A DNA stretch of 64,000 bases from Mobula hypostoma. Lineage: Eukaryota. The first letter of the stretch is position 1; each line of letters begins with the position of its first letter. Made by a program: the position numbers and the translations under genes. Below are positions 1 to 12,749 of the stretch, one piece after another. The stretch is taken from assembly GCF_963921235.1 (NCBI RefSeq), contig NC_086097.1, positions 197,162,001 to 197,226,000 on the forward strand, written 5' to 3'. The notes under the pieces are model-generated. The model saw nothing but the letters and a program-made list of their open reading frames with translations, searched no databases and was not told where the DNA came from.

Positions 1-2562
1 ATTAATGGGTCCCTTTCAGAATGGCAGGAGGTGACTAGTGGGGTACCACAAGGCTCGGTGCTGGGACCACAGCTATTTACAATATATATTAATGATTTAG
101 ATGAAGGGATTAAAAGTAACATCAGCAAATTTGCAGATGATGTGAAGCTGGGTGGCAGTGTGAAATGTGCAGAGGATGTTGAGATAATGCAGGATGATTT
201 GGACAGGTTGGGTGAGGGGGCAGATGCATGGCAGATGCAGTTTAATGTGGATAAATGTGAGGTTATCCACTTTGGTGGCAAGAACAGGAAGGCAGATTAC
301 TATTTGAACGGCGTCAAGTTAGGAAAAGGGGAAGTACAACGAGATCTTGGTGTCCTTGTTCATCAGTCACTGAAAGTAAGCATGCAGGTACAGCAAGCAG
401 TGAAGAAAGCTAATGGCATGTTGGCCTTCATAACAAAGGGAGTTGAGTATAGCAGCAAAGAGGTCCTTCTGCAGTTGTACAGGGCCATGGTGAGATCACA
501 CCTGGAGTATTGTGTACAGTTTTGATCTCCAAATTTGAGGAAGGACATTCTTGCTATTGAGGGAGTGCAGCGGAGGTTCACGAGGTTAATTCCCAGGGTG
601 GTGGGACTGTCATATGTTGAAAGATTGAAGCAACTGGGCTTGTGTACACTGGAATTTAGAAGGATGAGAGGGGATCTGATTGAAACATATAAGATTATTA
701 AGGGATAGGGCACGCTAGAGGCAGGAAACATGTTCCCGATGTTGGGGAAGTCCAGAACCAGAGGCCACAATTTGAGAATAAGGGGTAGGCCATTTAGAAC
801 GGAGTTGAGGGAAAACTTTTTCACCCAGAGAGTTGTGGATCTATGGAATGCTCTGCCTCAGAAGGCAGTGGAGGCCAATTCTCTGGATGCTTTCAGGAAT
901 TGCGGGGGCCCTGGCAGAAATATTTAAATAGTCGCTGTATATGGGTGAAGTGCAGGAGGATTGGAGAGTGGCTCATGTTGTTCCGTTGTTTAAAAAAGGA
1001 TTGAAAAGTAATCCGGGAAATTATAGGCCAGTGAGTTTAACGTCAGTAGTAGGTAAGTTATTGGAGGGAGTACTAAGAGACAGAATCGACAAGCATTTGG
1101 ATAGACGGGCTTATTAGGGAGAGTCAACATGGCTTTGTGCGTGGTAGGTCATGTTTGACCAATCTGTTGGAGTTTTTCGAGGAGGTTACCAGGAAGGTGG
1201 ATGAAGGGAAGGCAGTGGATATTGTCTCCATGGACTTCAGTAAGGCCTTTGACAAGGTCCCGCATGGGAGGTTAGTTAGGAAAATTCAGTCGCTAGGTAT
1301 ACATGGAGAGGTGGTAAATTGGATTAGACATTGGCTCGATGGAAGAAGCCAGAGAGTGGTGGTAGAGAATTGCTTCTCTGAGTGGAAGCCTGTGACTAGT
1401 GGTGTGCCACAGGGATCAGTGCTGGGTCCATTGTTATTTGTCATCTATATCAATGATCTGGATGATAATGTGGTAAATTGGATCAGCAAGTTTGCTGATG
1501 ATACAAAGATTGGAGGTGTAGTAGACAGTGAGGAAGGTTTTCAGAGCCTGCAGAGGGACTTGGACCATCTGGAAAAATGAGCTGAAAAATGGCAGATGGA
1601 GTTTAATACTGACAAGTGTGAGGTATTGCATGTGGAAGGACAAACCAAGGTAGAAGGTTAATGGTAAGGCACTGAGGAGTGCAGTGGAACAGAGGGATCT
1701 GGGAATACAGATACAAAATTCCCTAAAAGTGTCGTCACAGGTAGATAGGGTCGTAAAGAGAGCTTTTGGTACATTGGCCTTTATTAATCGAAGTATTGGG
1801 TGTAAGAGCTGGAATGTTATGATGAGGTTGTATAAGGCATTGGTGAGGCCGAATCTGGAGTATTGTGTTCAGTTTTGGTCACCAAATTACAGGAAGGATA
1901 TAAATAAGGTTGAAAGAGTGCAGAGAAGGTTTACAAGGATGTTGCCGGGACTTGAGAAACTCAGTTACAGAGAAAGGTTGAATAGGTTAGGACTTTATTC
2001 CCTGGAGCGTAGAAGAATGAGGGGAGATTTGATAGAGGTATATAAAATTATGATGGGTATAGATAGAGTGAATGCAAGCAGGCTTTTTCCACTTAGGCAA
2101 GGGGAGAAAAAAACCAGAGGACATGGGTTAAGGGTGAGGGGGGAAAAGTTTAAAGGGAACACTAGGGGGAGCTTCTTCACACAGAGAGTGGTGGGAGTAT
2201 GGAATGAGCTGCCAGACGAGGTGGTAAATGCGGGTTCTTTTTTAACATTTAAGAATAAATTGGACAGATACATGGATGGGAGGTGTATGGAGGGATAGGG
2301 TCCGTGTGCAGGTCAGTGGGACTAGGCAGAAAATGGTTCGGCACAGCCAAGAAGGGCCAAAAGGCCTGTTTCTGTGCTGTAGTTTCTATGGTTCTATCGT
2401 TCTAAAGAGTTAGATAGAGCTCTTAATGATAGCGGGGTCAAGGGATATGGGGAGAAGGCAAGAACGGGGTACTGATTGTGGATGATCAGCCATGAACACA
2501 GTGTATGGCGGTGCTGGCTCAAAGGGCCGAATGGCCTACTCCTGCACCTATTGTCTATTGTC
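1..2562 (+). mobile_element. CR1-type LINE 3' fragment (RT and C-terminus), split by a nested CR1 at ~898-2404
   Basis: ORF 31-525 has SGVPQGSVLGP, FADD and LEYCVQF. The sequence breaks at TTTCAGGAA (~899) and resumes at AAGAGTTAGATAGAGC (~2405), ending in a (CTATTGT)n tail at ~2562. Confidence 0.85.
898..2404 (+). mobile_element. 5'-truncated CR1-type LINE (disrupted RT ORF)
   Basis: ORFs 1137-1580 (RSCLTNLLEFFEEV, DFSKAFDKVPH, FADDTK) and 1684-2298; 3' tail TTCTATGGTTCTATCGTTCTA. Confidence 0.88.
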
Positions 2563-2569
2563 TCTCTAG

Positions 2570-3386
2570 TTCAGAATTTTAGTTATTGATTAAGGAAACT
2601 TTCCTGATGACATTTGACAAGCTCACCCTCATCCACCACTTTTACAGTATGGAAGTCCCACTCAAAACCTGGAAGGTTAAAATCAACTACTCTCGCTACC
2701 TTATGTTTCTTGCAACAGTCTGTAATCTCTCTATGAATTTGCTCCTCTAAATCCCACTCATTATTGGGTGGGCTGTAATATAATCCCATTGATGCATCCC
2801 TTACTTATTCCTCAGTTCCACACATATAGTCTTAGACAAGCTCTCCAGTCTGTCCTGTCTGAATACTGCCACATTTTCCCGGACTAGTAATGATGCCCCT
2901 CCCCTTTATTTCCTCCCACTCTTTCACACCTTTAACAGAATCCCAGGATATTGATCTGACAGTTCTGTCCCTCCAGCAACCAAGTCTCATTGGTGGCTAC
3001 AATGTTATAATTCCGCACGGTTATCTATGCCCTAAGCTCCTTTCTTACAATACTCTTTGCCTTTCCTACAATATTCCTTGCATTGAAATATACATAACTC
3101 ATCATGCTCCACTTTTTGATTCCTGACTTTATGTGAAGTCTTATCAACATCCTTCTCCACAACCACTCCACAACCTGCTCTGGTGCTCTGGTTCATATCC
3201 TCCATCAACTCTTGTTGAAATCCCCTGTCCATCCACTCCCCCTTCCCCCGTGCAACACAAGCAAACCTTGCTACAAGGACAATAGTCCTCCTCCAGTTCA
3301 GGTGCAAACTATCCTGCCTGTACATGTCCCACGTTCCATGGAAGAGAGCCAATAATCCAGAATTATGAAGCCCTCCTTCCTGCACC
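2570..3386 (-). mobile_element. Degenerate CR1 ORF1 esterase C-terminus and start of the ORF2 APE endonuclease
   Basis: DSLHLNWRRT..LVARFA (SGNH esterase-like) in ORF 3032-3478; GLYYSPPN...VVDFNLP in ORF 2583-2789 resembles APE YRPP/GDFN. Confidence 0.65.
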
Positions 3387-4275
3387 ATAAGACAAAGGAG
3401 CAGAAGTTGGCCATTCGGCCCATTGAGTCTGCTCCGCCATTCTATCATGAGCTGATCCAATCTCCCATATAGTCCCACTCCCCTGCCTTCTCACCATAGC
3501 CTTTGATGCTCTGGCTACTCAGATACCTATCAATCTCTGCCTTAAATACACCCAGTGATTTAGCCTCCAATGCCGCCTGTGGCAACAAATTCCACAGATT
3601 CACCACCCTCTAGCTGAAAACATTTCTTCGCATCTCTGTTCTGAATGGGCACCCTTCAATCCTTAAGTCATGCCCTCTGGTACTAGACTCCCCCACCATG
3701 GGAAACAACTTTGCCACATCCACTCTGTCCATGCCTTTCAACTTTCGAAATGTTTCTATGAAGTCCCCCCCATTTTTCTAAACTCCAAGGAGTACAGTCC
3801 AAGAGCAGTCAAACGTTCCTCATATGTTAACCCTCTCATTCCTGGAATCATTCTGGTGAATCTTCTCTGAACCCTCTCCAATGTCAGCACATCCTTTCTT
3901 AAATAAGGAGACCAAAACTGCCCACAGTACTCCACGTGAGGTCTTACCAGTGCCTTATAGAGCCTCAACATCACATCCCTGCTCCTGTACTCTATTCCTC
4001 TGGAAATGAATGCCAGCATTGCATTTGCCTTCTTCACCACTGACTCAACCTGGAGGTTAACCTTAAGGGTATCCTGCACGAGGACTCCCAAGTCTTGTTG
4101 CATCTCAGAACTTTGAATTCTCTCCCCATTTAAATATTTCTTCTGCCAAAGTGCATAACCATACACTTTCCAACATTGTATTTCATTTGCCACTTCTTTG
4201 CCCATTCTCCCAACCTATCCAAGTCTCTCTGAAGACTTTCTGTTTCCTCAGCACTACCGTCCCCTCCACCTATCT
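3387..4275 (-). mobile_element. CR1 3' fragment
   Basis: ORF 3756-4205 contains LVRPHVEYCGQFWSPY...LERVQRRFTRMIPG; tail TCTTATG at the left end. Confidence 0.85.
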
Positions 4276-4935
4276 TTCTTATTGCACAGTTAGAGCAGTG
4301 GAGATGCTGAGTAGGATTGTGAAATCTCCTCTTGCAGGAGGCAGGGAGACCTCCACTTTCCCTGATGACTAATCCTGCTCGAAGTTCATCTAGCTCCAGC
4401 TTCTTACAGACCATGTTAAGGAAATAGACCAAGAACTGTATGAACTCTGGATCATTCAGGAAGCTGAGGGGTCAATTAACAAGCAGAGGTAGTTACATCC
4501 AAGATGCAGGACACAGGTAACTGAGTGACTGAATGGAGGGGAAAGGGGATAGCTAGCTAGTGTAGAGTATTTTGTGGCTGTTCCCCTTAATAACAGGTAT
4601 ACAGGGTTGGATTCAGATAGTGTTGGGGAGAGAGAACCTAGCAGAGGAAAGCTACAGTGGTCAGATCTCTGGCACTGAATCTGGCTCTGTGGCTCAGAAG
4701 GAAAGGGGGGACAAGGGATGATCTGTAGTTTTAGCGAATTCAATGATTAGAAGAATAGACAGGAGGTTTTGTGGACGTGAATGAAATTCCTGGATGGTAT
4801 GTTGCCTCCTGGGTGCCAGAGCCAGGGACATCTCTGGTCAAATCCACAGCATTCAAAAATGGGAATCTGAGCAGCTGGAGGTTATAGTCCACATCCTTAC
4901 CAGTGACGTGGGTAGGAAGAGTGATGAAGTCCTCT
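4276..4935 (+). mobile_element. Degenerate CR1 ORF1 N-terminal half (Cys-rich/coiled-coil region and esterase start)
   Basis: RETSTFPDD and LGARARDIS...EVIVHILTSDVGRKSDEVL resemble CR1 ORF1 PGARVRDV/HIGTND motifs. Confidence 0.6.
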
Positions 4936-4964
4936 TCTGCACCTGCATCCTGTGGGTTCAGTGC

Positions 4965-7500
4965 TTACTAAAATCTGCAGATGCTGGAAATCCAAGCAGC
5001 ACACACAAAATGCTGGAGGAACTCAGCAGGCCAGGCAGCATCATTGGAAAAGAGTACAGTTGACGTTTCAGGTCAACACCCTTCATCAGGATTGGAGAGA
5101 AAAACATGAGGAGTCAGAGTTAGAAGGTGGGGGGGGGGAGGGGAGGAAGACACTCAAGGTGATATGTGAAACCAAGAGAAGCGGAGGGATGAAGTAAAGA
5201 GATGGGAAGTTGATTGGTGAAAGAGATACAGGTTGAGCCTATGGTGAAATCCAATGCAGATTTGGAAACCGCTTTGCTGAGTACCTACACTCTGTCTACC
5301 AGAAAAAGCAGGATCTCCCAGAGGTCATCCATTTTAATTCCACTTCCCTTTCCCATTCCAACATGTCAATCCATGGCCTCCTCTACTGTCGCGATGAGGC
5401 CACATTCAGGTTGGAGGAGCAACACCTTATATTTCTTCTGGGTAGACTCCAACCTAATATATCAATTTCAAGTGTGGCTTGCCTGGCAAGTTGAAATTGT
5501 GATGCTTGCAGTACGAACTGATGCCAGGGATAATGTGGCCATCAACTGTCTATGAAGTGGCAATGTCCCATGTTGAGGCAATGGAACGGAAGATCAACAA
5601 GTATGTGAAGAAGTGGCTTGGAGTACCGAGCAGCCTCACCAATGTTGCAATCCACAGTAGCTAGACAAAGCTTACCATCCCAGTGCAATCCCTTGTTGAA
5701 GAGGTCAAGGTAGCCAAGGTAAGATCGTTCTTGATGCTTTGAGACTCAAAAGACCCTGTCATAAAGAACGCCCAGCCGGATGTGAGATCAGGCAGGAAGT
5801 GGTCAGGCCGTGTAGCAGTTGATGAGGCAGAGTCTAGATTGAAGCACAAGGAGATGGTTGGGGCTATCCAGCTAGGCCGCCAGGGACTTGGATGGACAAC
5901 CGACAAGTTGTGGTCATCTTCTACAGGTAAGGAGCGCCATGAGCTTGTAACGCAAGAAATATCAGAGGTAGAAGAGGAGGAAAGGTTAGCTAAAACAGCT
6001 GGCCTGGCCAAACAAGAGGTTTGGACCTGGTGGGGAAGTGTTGAACAACGACATCTATCTTGGAATGTTCTGTGGCAGATGGAACCGCTCCACATTTCTT
6101 TTCTATGCAGAGCAGCGTATGATCTGCTCCCAACACCTGCCAACCTCAGCACCTGGTACGAAGATAAGACAGACAGGTGTGCTGCTTGTGGCGAGAAGGG
6201 AACACTTCAACATATTTTGAGTGCATGCAGAGTCAATCTTTCCAGCGGCATGTACACGTGGAGACATAACAACGTTCTCAAAGTTGTAACAGAAGCGATT
6301 GAGCAGAGAGTACTGCAGCACAGCTTATCTCATGCCCCATGCTACACAGAACATCGCATATCATTTGTGAAAGAAGGCTCCAAGTCAAGGGTGTACAGCG
6401 CAGGCTCATGATCAAGCATACTTTCTCCAGCCAATGATTGGTATGTTAAGGCCGACCTGGATGGGAAAGGCAGTTTCCCGGAGAAAATAGCTTTCACCAC
6501 ATTGCATCCAGATATGATTGTATGGTCTGACACCAGTAGAGAAGTGGTTATTGGTGAACTCACAGTCCCCTGTAAAGACAACATCGATGAAGCCCATGAG
6601 CGCAAGTTAACCAAGTATGCAGAATTAAGATCAGAGTGCAGAGACAGAGGGTGGAAGGTCTCATGCTATCCATTTGAAGTAGGCTGCCGTGGGTTTATTG
6701 CGTTCACTTTCCAGAAGTGGCTGCGTGACCCTGGCCTCACGAGAAGAGAGATCAAGTCAACCAGCAGGGCTGTAGCTGAGGCAGCAGAGAAAGGATCAGC
6801 ATGAGTGTGGACCAAGTATGTCCAGAGGGGCAGATAGTCAGACAGTGTATACATATCTTGCAAACCCTTCAGTAGTTGCATGGTCACCTGAAGAGCAGAC
6901 TATCGGTTGGATGGAAGTGACTGATAGAGGCAGATGCCAAGTTTTTAAGCTCACCAGTGGGAGGTGGTGCTTTAGCACTGCTGGCCCACCACCTCGAGGG
7001 AGTCTTGATCATAAGCAGGCTGAAACTCCTGAAAACAGGTGGCAGATCAACTGATGATCCCACTGGTGATAGCACAGGACAGTTAACATCTTAGTCCATG
7101 TGCATTTTTTAACTATAATTTTTAACTCTTGAACTTCCGGTAATGCCCCCCTCACCATTCCCTATTCCTCTTTCCCTCTCTCACCTTTTCTCCTTACCTG
7201 CCCATCACCTTCCTCTGTTGCTCCTCCCCCTTTTCCTTCATTCATGGCTTTTTGTCCTCTCCTCACAGATTTCCCCTTCTCCAGGTCCGTATCTCTTTCA
7301 CCAATCGACTTCTCAGTTCTTTACTTCACCCTTCTCCTCCTCCCGGTTTCATCTATCATGTCCTGTTTCTTCTCCTCTTCCCTGCACTTCTAACTCTGAC
7401 TCCTTATCTTTTTTTTCCTCCAGTCCTAAGGAAGGGTCTTGGCCCAAAACGTTGACTGGCCTGCTGAGTTCCTCCAGCATTTTGTGTGTGTTGCTTGAAT
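4965..7500 (+). mobile_element. Penelope-like element remnant: inverted terminal repeat, GIY-YIG C-terminus and 3' terminal repeat, split by a HERO element
   Basis: 4970-5225 is the reverse complement of the repeat/spacer at ~7290-7500. 5250-5469 parallels the GIY-YIG coding DNA at 35300-35520, and the sequence resumes at ~7127 (GAACTTCCGGTAATGCCCC). Confidence 0.75.
5470..7126 (+). mobile_element. 5'-truncated HERO-like (R2-group, restriction-like endonuclease) non-LTR retrotransposon, pseudogenised
   Basis: KKWLGVP, RSGRKW, GRQGLGW, CCHC knuckle CAAC...QHILSAC, YTWRHNNVL, PDMIVW...GELTVP...KLTKY...PFEVGCRGF (PD-(D/E)xK nuclease); several in-frame stops. Confidence 0.82.
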
Positions 7501-7753
7501 CTCAATTATTCATAATTTCTACTGCTGGCTCATCATGCCCACAGACTGCACAATATATAAAATACCGTCTCTAATCTTGCTTGCTTATTTTCATTAGTCG
7601 AGGCAGTGAGCTCAAAAGTCAGGGGGTTATGTTGCAACTTTGTAAAATTCTGGTTAGGCCAAATCTGCAGTATTGTGTACAGTTCTGGTCACCACTCTAT
7701 TGGAAGAGTGCCGAGGCACTGGAGAGGATACAGAAGAGGTTCACCAGGATGCT

Positions 7754-7857
7754 CAAGCAACACACATCAAAGCTGCTGGTGAACGCAGCAGGCCAGACAG
7801 CATCTCTAGGAAGAGGTACAGTCGACGTTTCGGGCCGAGACCCTTCGTCAGGACTCA
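7754..7857 (-). mobile_element. 104-bp solo Penelope terminal-repeat insertion with 13-bp TSD
   Basis: TCACCAGGATGCT at both 7741-7753 and 7858-7870. Confidence 0.85.
7820..7855 (-). ncRNA. Minimal type I hammerhead ribozyme (best-preserved copy)
   Basis: Minus strand reads AGUC-CUGACGA-A-GGGU(CUCG)GCCC-GAAA-C-GUC-GACU: stem I AGUC/GACU, catalytic core, stem II, loopless palindromic stem III (ACGU), GUC cleavage triplet. Confidence 0.75.
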
Positions 7858-7962
7858 TCACCAGGATGCTATCTGGTTTGGAGGGCATGTGCTATCACGA
7901 GAGGCTGGACAAACTTGGGTTGTTTTCTCTGGAGTGTTGGAGGTTGAGGGAAGATCTGATCG

Positions 7963-8610
7963 TGTCATAGTCTGGTCCGTGAAGTCCATATTCCGGTTCA
8001 CGGTCCGGTCCATCGACCCTTGCTCCAGGTTTTCCTTTCTACCCTGTTTCTGTCCTTATTGAACTAATTGAGGCAGCTGATGCTAATTGGGGCTGGCTGC
8101 ATAAATACCTCCAGAGAGCAGGGCATAGTTGCTGGATTGTTTTTACTCCTTGGATCCCTTTCTCTGCCTTCTGTTTCCTCGCCTGAAGCCCTGCCCTGCC
8201 CTGCCCTGCCCTGCCCTGCCCTGCCCTGCCCTGCCCGTAACTCTTGCCTCACCTGAAGTTCTCGTCTGGCCTTTTCCCTGGCCGTCCTGTCCCACCTTGT
8301 AACTAGCTCCTTTCCTGTCCCTTGCCTCTGCCCAGGTAAGTCAGGCCTCTAGATTTCTACCTTGTCCTGCCTGCCAAGCCTCTTCCTTGCCTAGTTCTGG
8401 GGCCTGAGCCAGAGGCAAGACCCAGGTACTGGGTCCTTGTCTAGTCTCTGGCTCGGAGTCCAAGCCTGGGCTCCTAGCTCCCTTGCTCAGTCCTGTTCCT
8501 GGTTTTCCTGTCCATGTCCTTGCCATCGCCCTGTATCCTAGTCCTGTCCCTAGTACTTCAGTGTTTGTGTCTTACACTTGGGTCTGTTCCCAGCCACTAC
8601 CCTTATGACA
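7963..8610. mobile_element. Solo LTR, 648 bp
   Basis: TGTCATA...TATGACA termini; flanks GATCG/GATAG (5-bp TSD, 1 mismatch); cleanly interrupts a CR1; internal GCATAAATA. Confidence 0.75.
8188..8236. repeat. (GCCCT)n microsatellite, ~10 units
   Basis: Direct reading; lies inside the solo LTR. Confidence 0.95.
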
Positions 8611-10551
8611 GATAGAGCTTTATAAGATGATGAGATACATAGATAGAGGGGACAGAGAATATCTGTTTTCCTGGGGTTGAAATGTCTAATACCAGAGGGC
8701 ATGCATTGAAGGTGATAGGTTAAGGGGAATGTAGGGATAAGTTTTTTTATTCAGTGAGTTGTGGATGCCAGGAATGCTCTGCCTGGTATGGTAGAGGCAA
8801 ATACATCAAAGGCTTCTAAGAGATGTTTGAATAGGCATATGGGAATAAGGAGAATGGAAGGATGTAGGTAGGTGGGAATTTTTGATTTTCTTTTTGGCTG
8901 ATTCGACACATTGTAGGCCAAATGTCCTGTTGCTGTTCTATGTCTTATACAGCAGGATAGAAACTGTCCTTGAGCCTGGTGATATGTACTTTCTAGCTTT
9001 TGTATCTTCTGCTTGATGGCAGGGTGGAGAAGGGAGAATGTCTGGGGTCTTGATTACATTGGTTGCTTTACTGAGGCAGGAAAAAAAAGTGTAGACAGAG
9101 CTAATGGCAGGAACAGTCTCCCTAAATGATAAGATGGACTCATGATCTCACAGTCTACCTCATTATGGTCTTGTCCCTCACTGTCTGCCTGTACTGCACA
9201 TTCTTTGTAACTAACACTTTATTCTGATCTGTTATTGCTTTCCACCTTAATATATTGATGTGATGAAATAATCTGTATGGATACCATGAAAAATTAACTT
9301 TTTCACTATACCTCAGTACATGTGACAGTAATAAACTAATTTACCAATTTAACCCGCTAACTCTACTGGAGCAAACAACCAACAAAGTTAAAAATGCAGC
9401 TCCTACAAATTCAGCTTCTTTATAATGTGAACATATTACACAGCTGGACTTTTACAATTAGGCAGCCAGTGATTGGTTGTCCAAGAAAACAAAGAAATAA
9501 ATTGCATTTATTCTCATCCTGAGTTATCCCAAAATGTTAATATGGACATGAAGGTAATATTGATGTGTAGTCAGTGTAGTATTGTAACTTGTGATGTATT
9601 GGTTCCTGCTATACTGTTGAATGCTACATAACAAACCCAAGTCAGATACATTAAAGAAATTCAACTGAACTGAAACACAGTACATACACTGTTGCAGGAT
9701 TAACCACATAATATGCAATTTCACCCATTTTAATTGCATTTAATGGTTAATATCCATAAGCCATAAACCAATTTGTAAACACTACTCTAATTCTCATTTG
9801 AACAGTAAAGAACAAGCACTGTATAAAGAGGTGAACACTTTTACATGAATAACTGTCATCACTTGTTGCATAAATACCATTTGGTATGCAATATTTACCT
9901 CTGGATTTGCTATGTACATTTTTTCCTGCATGTGATACATATAAGGATTAAGCTATCAAATTATTTTTTGTAATCTTACTTTTCTAAAATGCAAGTCATC
10001 CAATTTTATTGCAATTATAGCAAAGCATAATTTTAAACTGGACAAATCAAGACTTTGTGGCATCTATGCCATTCATAGCAGGGCTCCTTGCCCTTTGCAA
10101 CAATGTAATTTGATTTCCTGCATTTGGGTCTTGCAGTTTGCTCATTTCACATCAAAACACCATACCTGGTCCTCATGTGGAGATATAATTATCACCACCA
10201 AGACTGCTTCTGTTACATCATGCAATGCTCTCATGTCTATGCCTTGAACTTCCTGGAATCTTTTTCACATTATTCAGTGCTATTTCCATCATTATGCCAA
10301 TACTAACAGTTCTTTCAAAAATAAGGTTGAAATGTTAAAGAGTTTGGCCTGTATATCCATACTAATTAGCCCACACATTAATATGTCTCTCAATACTCAG
10401 TTTAAAAACATTCCAAGAATTCAATTCCTTTGACAACTGTTTTTTCAAAGACTTAATTATATCCACTGAACCGGAAGCTTTTCTGTACCTCAGTATAGTG
10501 TTGAGTAGAAGTGTTTCTTTAATTTTTCTAACTGTTGGAAAATGTATCAAC

Positions 10552-11228
10552 TGTATTCAGGCTGAGTCGGTGGTGAAGAAGACAAATGCAATATTGGCAT
10601 TCATTTCTAGAGATATAGGATATAAGAGCAGGGATGTGATGTTGAGGCTCTATAAGGCACTTGTGAGACCACACTAGGAGTATTGTGTGCAGTTTGGGGC
10701 TCCTTATTTTAGAAAGGATATACTGACATTGGAGACGGTTTAGAGAAGATTCACAAGAATGATTCCAGGGATGAAAGGGTTACCATATGAGGAATGTCTG
10801 GCAGCTCTTGAACTTCTCTGGAATTCAGGAGAATGAGGGGGGATCTCATAGACGCATTCCAAATGTTAAAAGGCCTGAACAGATTAGATATGGCAAAGTT
10901 ATTTCCCATGGTAGGGAGTCTAGGACAAGAGGGCATGACTTCTGGATTAAAGGACATCCATTTAGAACAGAGATGCAGAGAAATTACTTTAGTCAAAGGC
11001 TGGTAAATCTGTGAAATTTGTTGCCATAAGCGGCTGTGGAGGCCAAGTCATTGGGTGTATTTAAGGCAGAGGTAGATAGATTCTTGATTAGCCAGGGCAT
11101 CAAAGGGTATGGGGAGAAGGCAAGGGAGTGGGGATGACCGGAAGAATTGGATCAGCCCATGATTGAATGGCGGAGCAGACTTGATAGGCTGAATGGCCTA
11201 CTTCTGCTCCTATATCTTATGGTCTTAT
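10552..11228 (+). mobile_element. CR1 3' fragment
   Basis: Same subfamily as 3387-4275 (ESRTRGH motif); tail ATATCTTATGGTCTTAT. Confidence 0.8.
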
Positions 11229-12749
11229 AACTGCAGGGCATGTCTCTTTAAGTGCTGCAGCCCATTCTGCCAATAGTACTATATTCCTTCAGTCTACTTG
11301 TTTTGCATGTTTATGGAGCTTGGAATGAAGACTGGTTACTATGTAGACATCGGTTGAAAATCGGTTATCACATAAAAGACAGAGCTGGAATAAACGGTTA
11401 TTTTTCAAGCTGGTAGGGGTCTTCTGTCGCTGTAGTCCATTCACTGAAAGTATCAATATTTGCATTCAGAAATACTCTTCTGCATACCACTGTTGTAATG
11501 TGTGGTTAGCTGATTTACCGTCACCCTCCTGTCAGCTTAAAATAGTCTGGCTATTCTTTTTATAAATAAAGCATTTTCACCCACAAAATTGGGACACTGA
11601 GGAGCAGATATAGAGGCAGAGTTTGGAAAGGTGCAAAAATAACAGGTTTGTTGTCAAGGGTGACTTCAAATACCCTGATTTATTGGCACCTCAGTGCAAA
11701 AGTCATAAATGGAATAGAATTTGTTAGGTGTGTCCAGCAAGGATTCCTGACACAGCACGTGTACAGGGTGTAGAGAGTAAATGCTACACTGGATATAGGA
11801 ATGAACCTGGTCAGTGAGTTGATAGATGGGTGAGCATTTTGGAGGTAGTGACCACAACTCCCTGACCTTCAGCATACCATGGACAAGGACAGGAGCTGAC
11901 ATGATGGGAAATTATTTAATGGGAGAGAGCTACGTAATTATGATTATATTAGGCAAGAATTGGGACCGTAAATTGGGAACAGACATTCTCTGAGAAAATG
12001 CACAGGGGAAATGTGAAGGCTGTCTAGGGACCTTTTGCAAGGGATTCTAGATCAGTTTGTTCTACTGAGACTGGAAAAATATGGTAGAGTAAAAGAACCA
12101 TGATTATCAGATGAAATGGAACATTTAGTAAAGAGAAAGAAGGAACCATGCTTAAAGTTTAGGAAACAAATATCAAGCAGGGTTCTTGAGGGTTCTAAAG
12201 TAGACAGAAGAAGCTTAAATGACTTAAGAGGGAAGATGAAAAGGCCTTGGCAAATAGGACTAAGGACATGCAGAACAGGAGGATGACTAGAGTGAGAGTA
12301 GGACCACTCAGGGTTAAGGGGGGGGGGGGGGAGAATGTGCCTGGAGGTGGAGAAAGTAGGAGAGGTCCTCAATTAATACTTTGTTTCAGTGTTCACCAGA
12401 AGGAGGGACTTAGAAAAATGTGAGATCAGCATAGGATAGGCTAATGTGCTGAAGCATGTTGTGGTTAAGAAAGAGACAATGTTGGAGCTTCCTGAAACCA
12501 TTAGGATAGTCCCCAAGGCTGGATGAGATACAGTATATGCCAGGTTACTAGGGGAAACAAGGGAAGACTGCTTGGATGTTGAAGATGATCTTTGTGTCCT
12601 CCCTAGCCACAGGACTAGTACTGGAGAATTGAAGAATATTCCATTGTTCCAGAAAGGTAATAGGGATAATCCTGAGAGTTATAGATCAGTGAGATTTACA
12701 TTAGTGGGAAAACTAATGAAGGGGATTCTCAAGGGCAGAATTTACAAAC

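Larger units (their letters stand above)
7580..8945 (+). mobile_element. Degenerate CR1 3' fragment hosting two insertions
   Basis: ORF 7581-7970 LVRPNLQYCVQFWSP; continues after 8610 with GATAGAGCTTTATAAG. Confidence 0.75.

Noticed and set aside
363..824. Antisense ORFs over LINE RT regions (also 1995-2273, 5661-6152, 51952-52317 and others)
   Set aside because: Shadow frames of retroelement coding sequence.
7422..7457. Hammerhead copy as an active ribozyme
   Set aside because: Core mutated (CTAAGGA, AAAA in place of GAAA); the copy at ~5058-5093 has a weakened stem I and the one at ~59920 lacks the core.
8064..8256. ORFs with GQGRA / PCPAL repeats
   Set aside because: Translation of the (GCCCT)n microsatellite.
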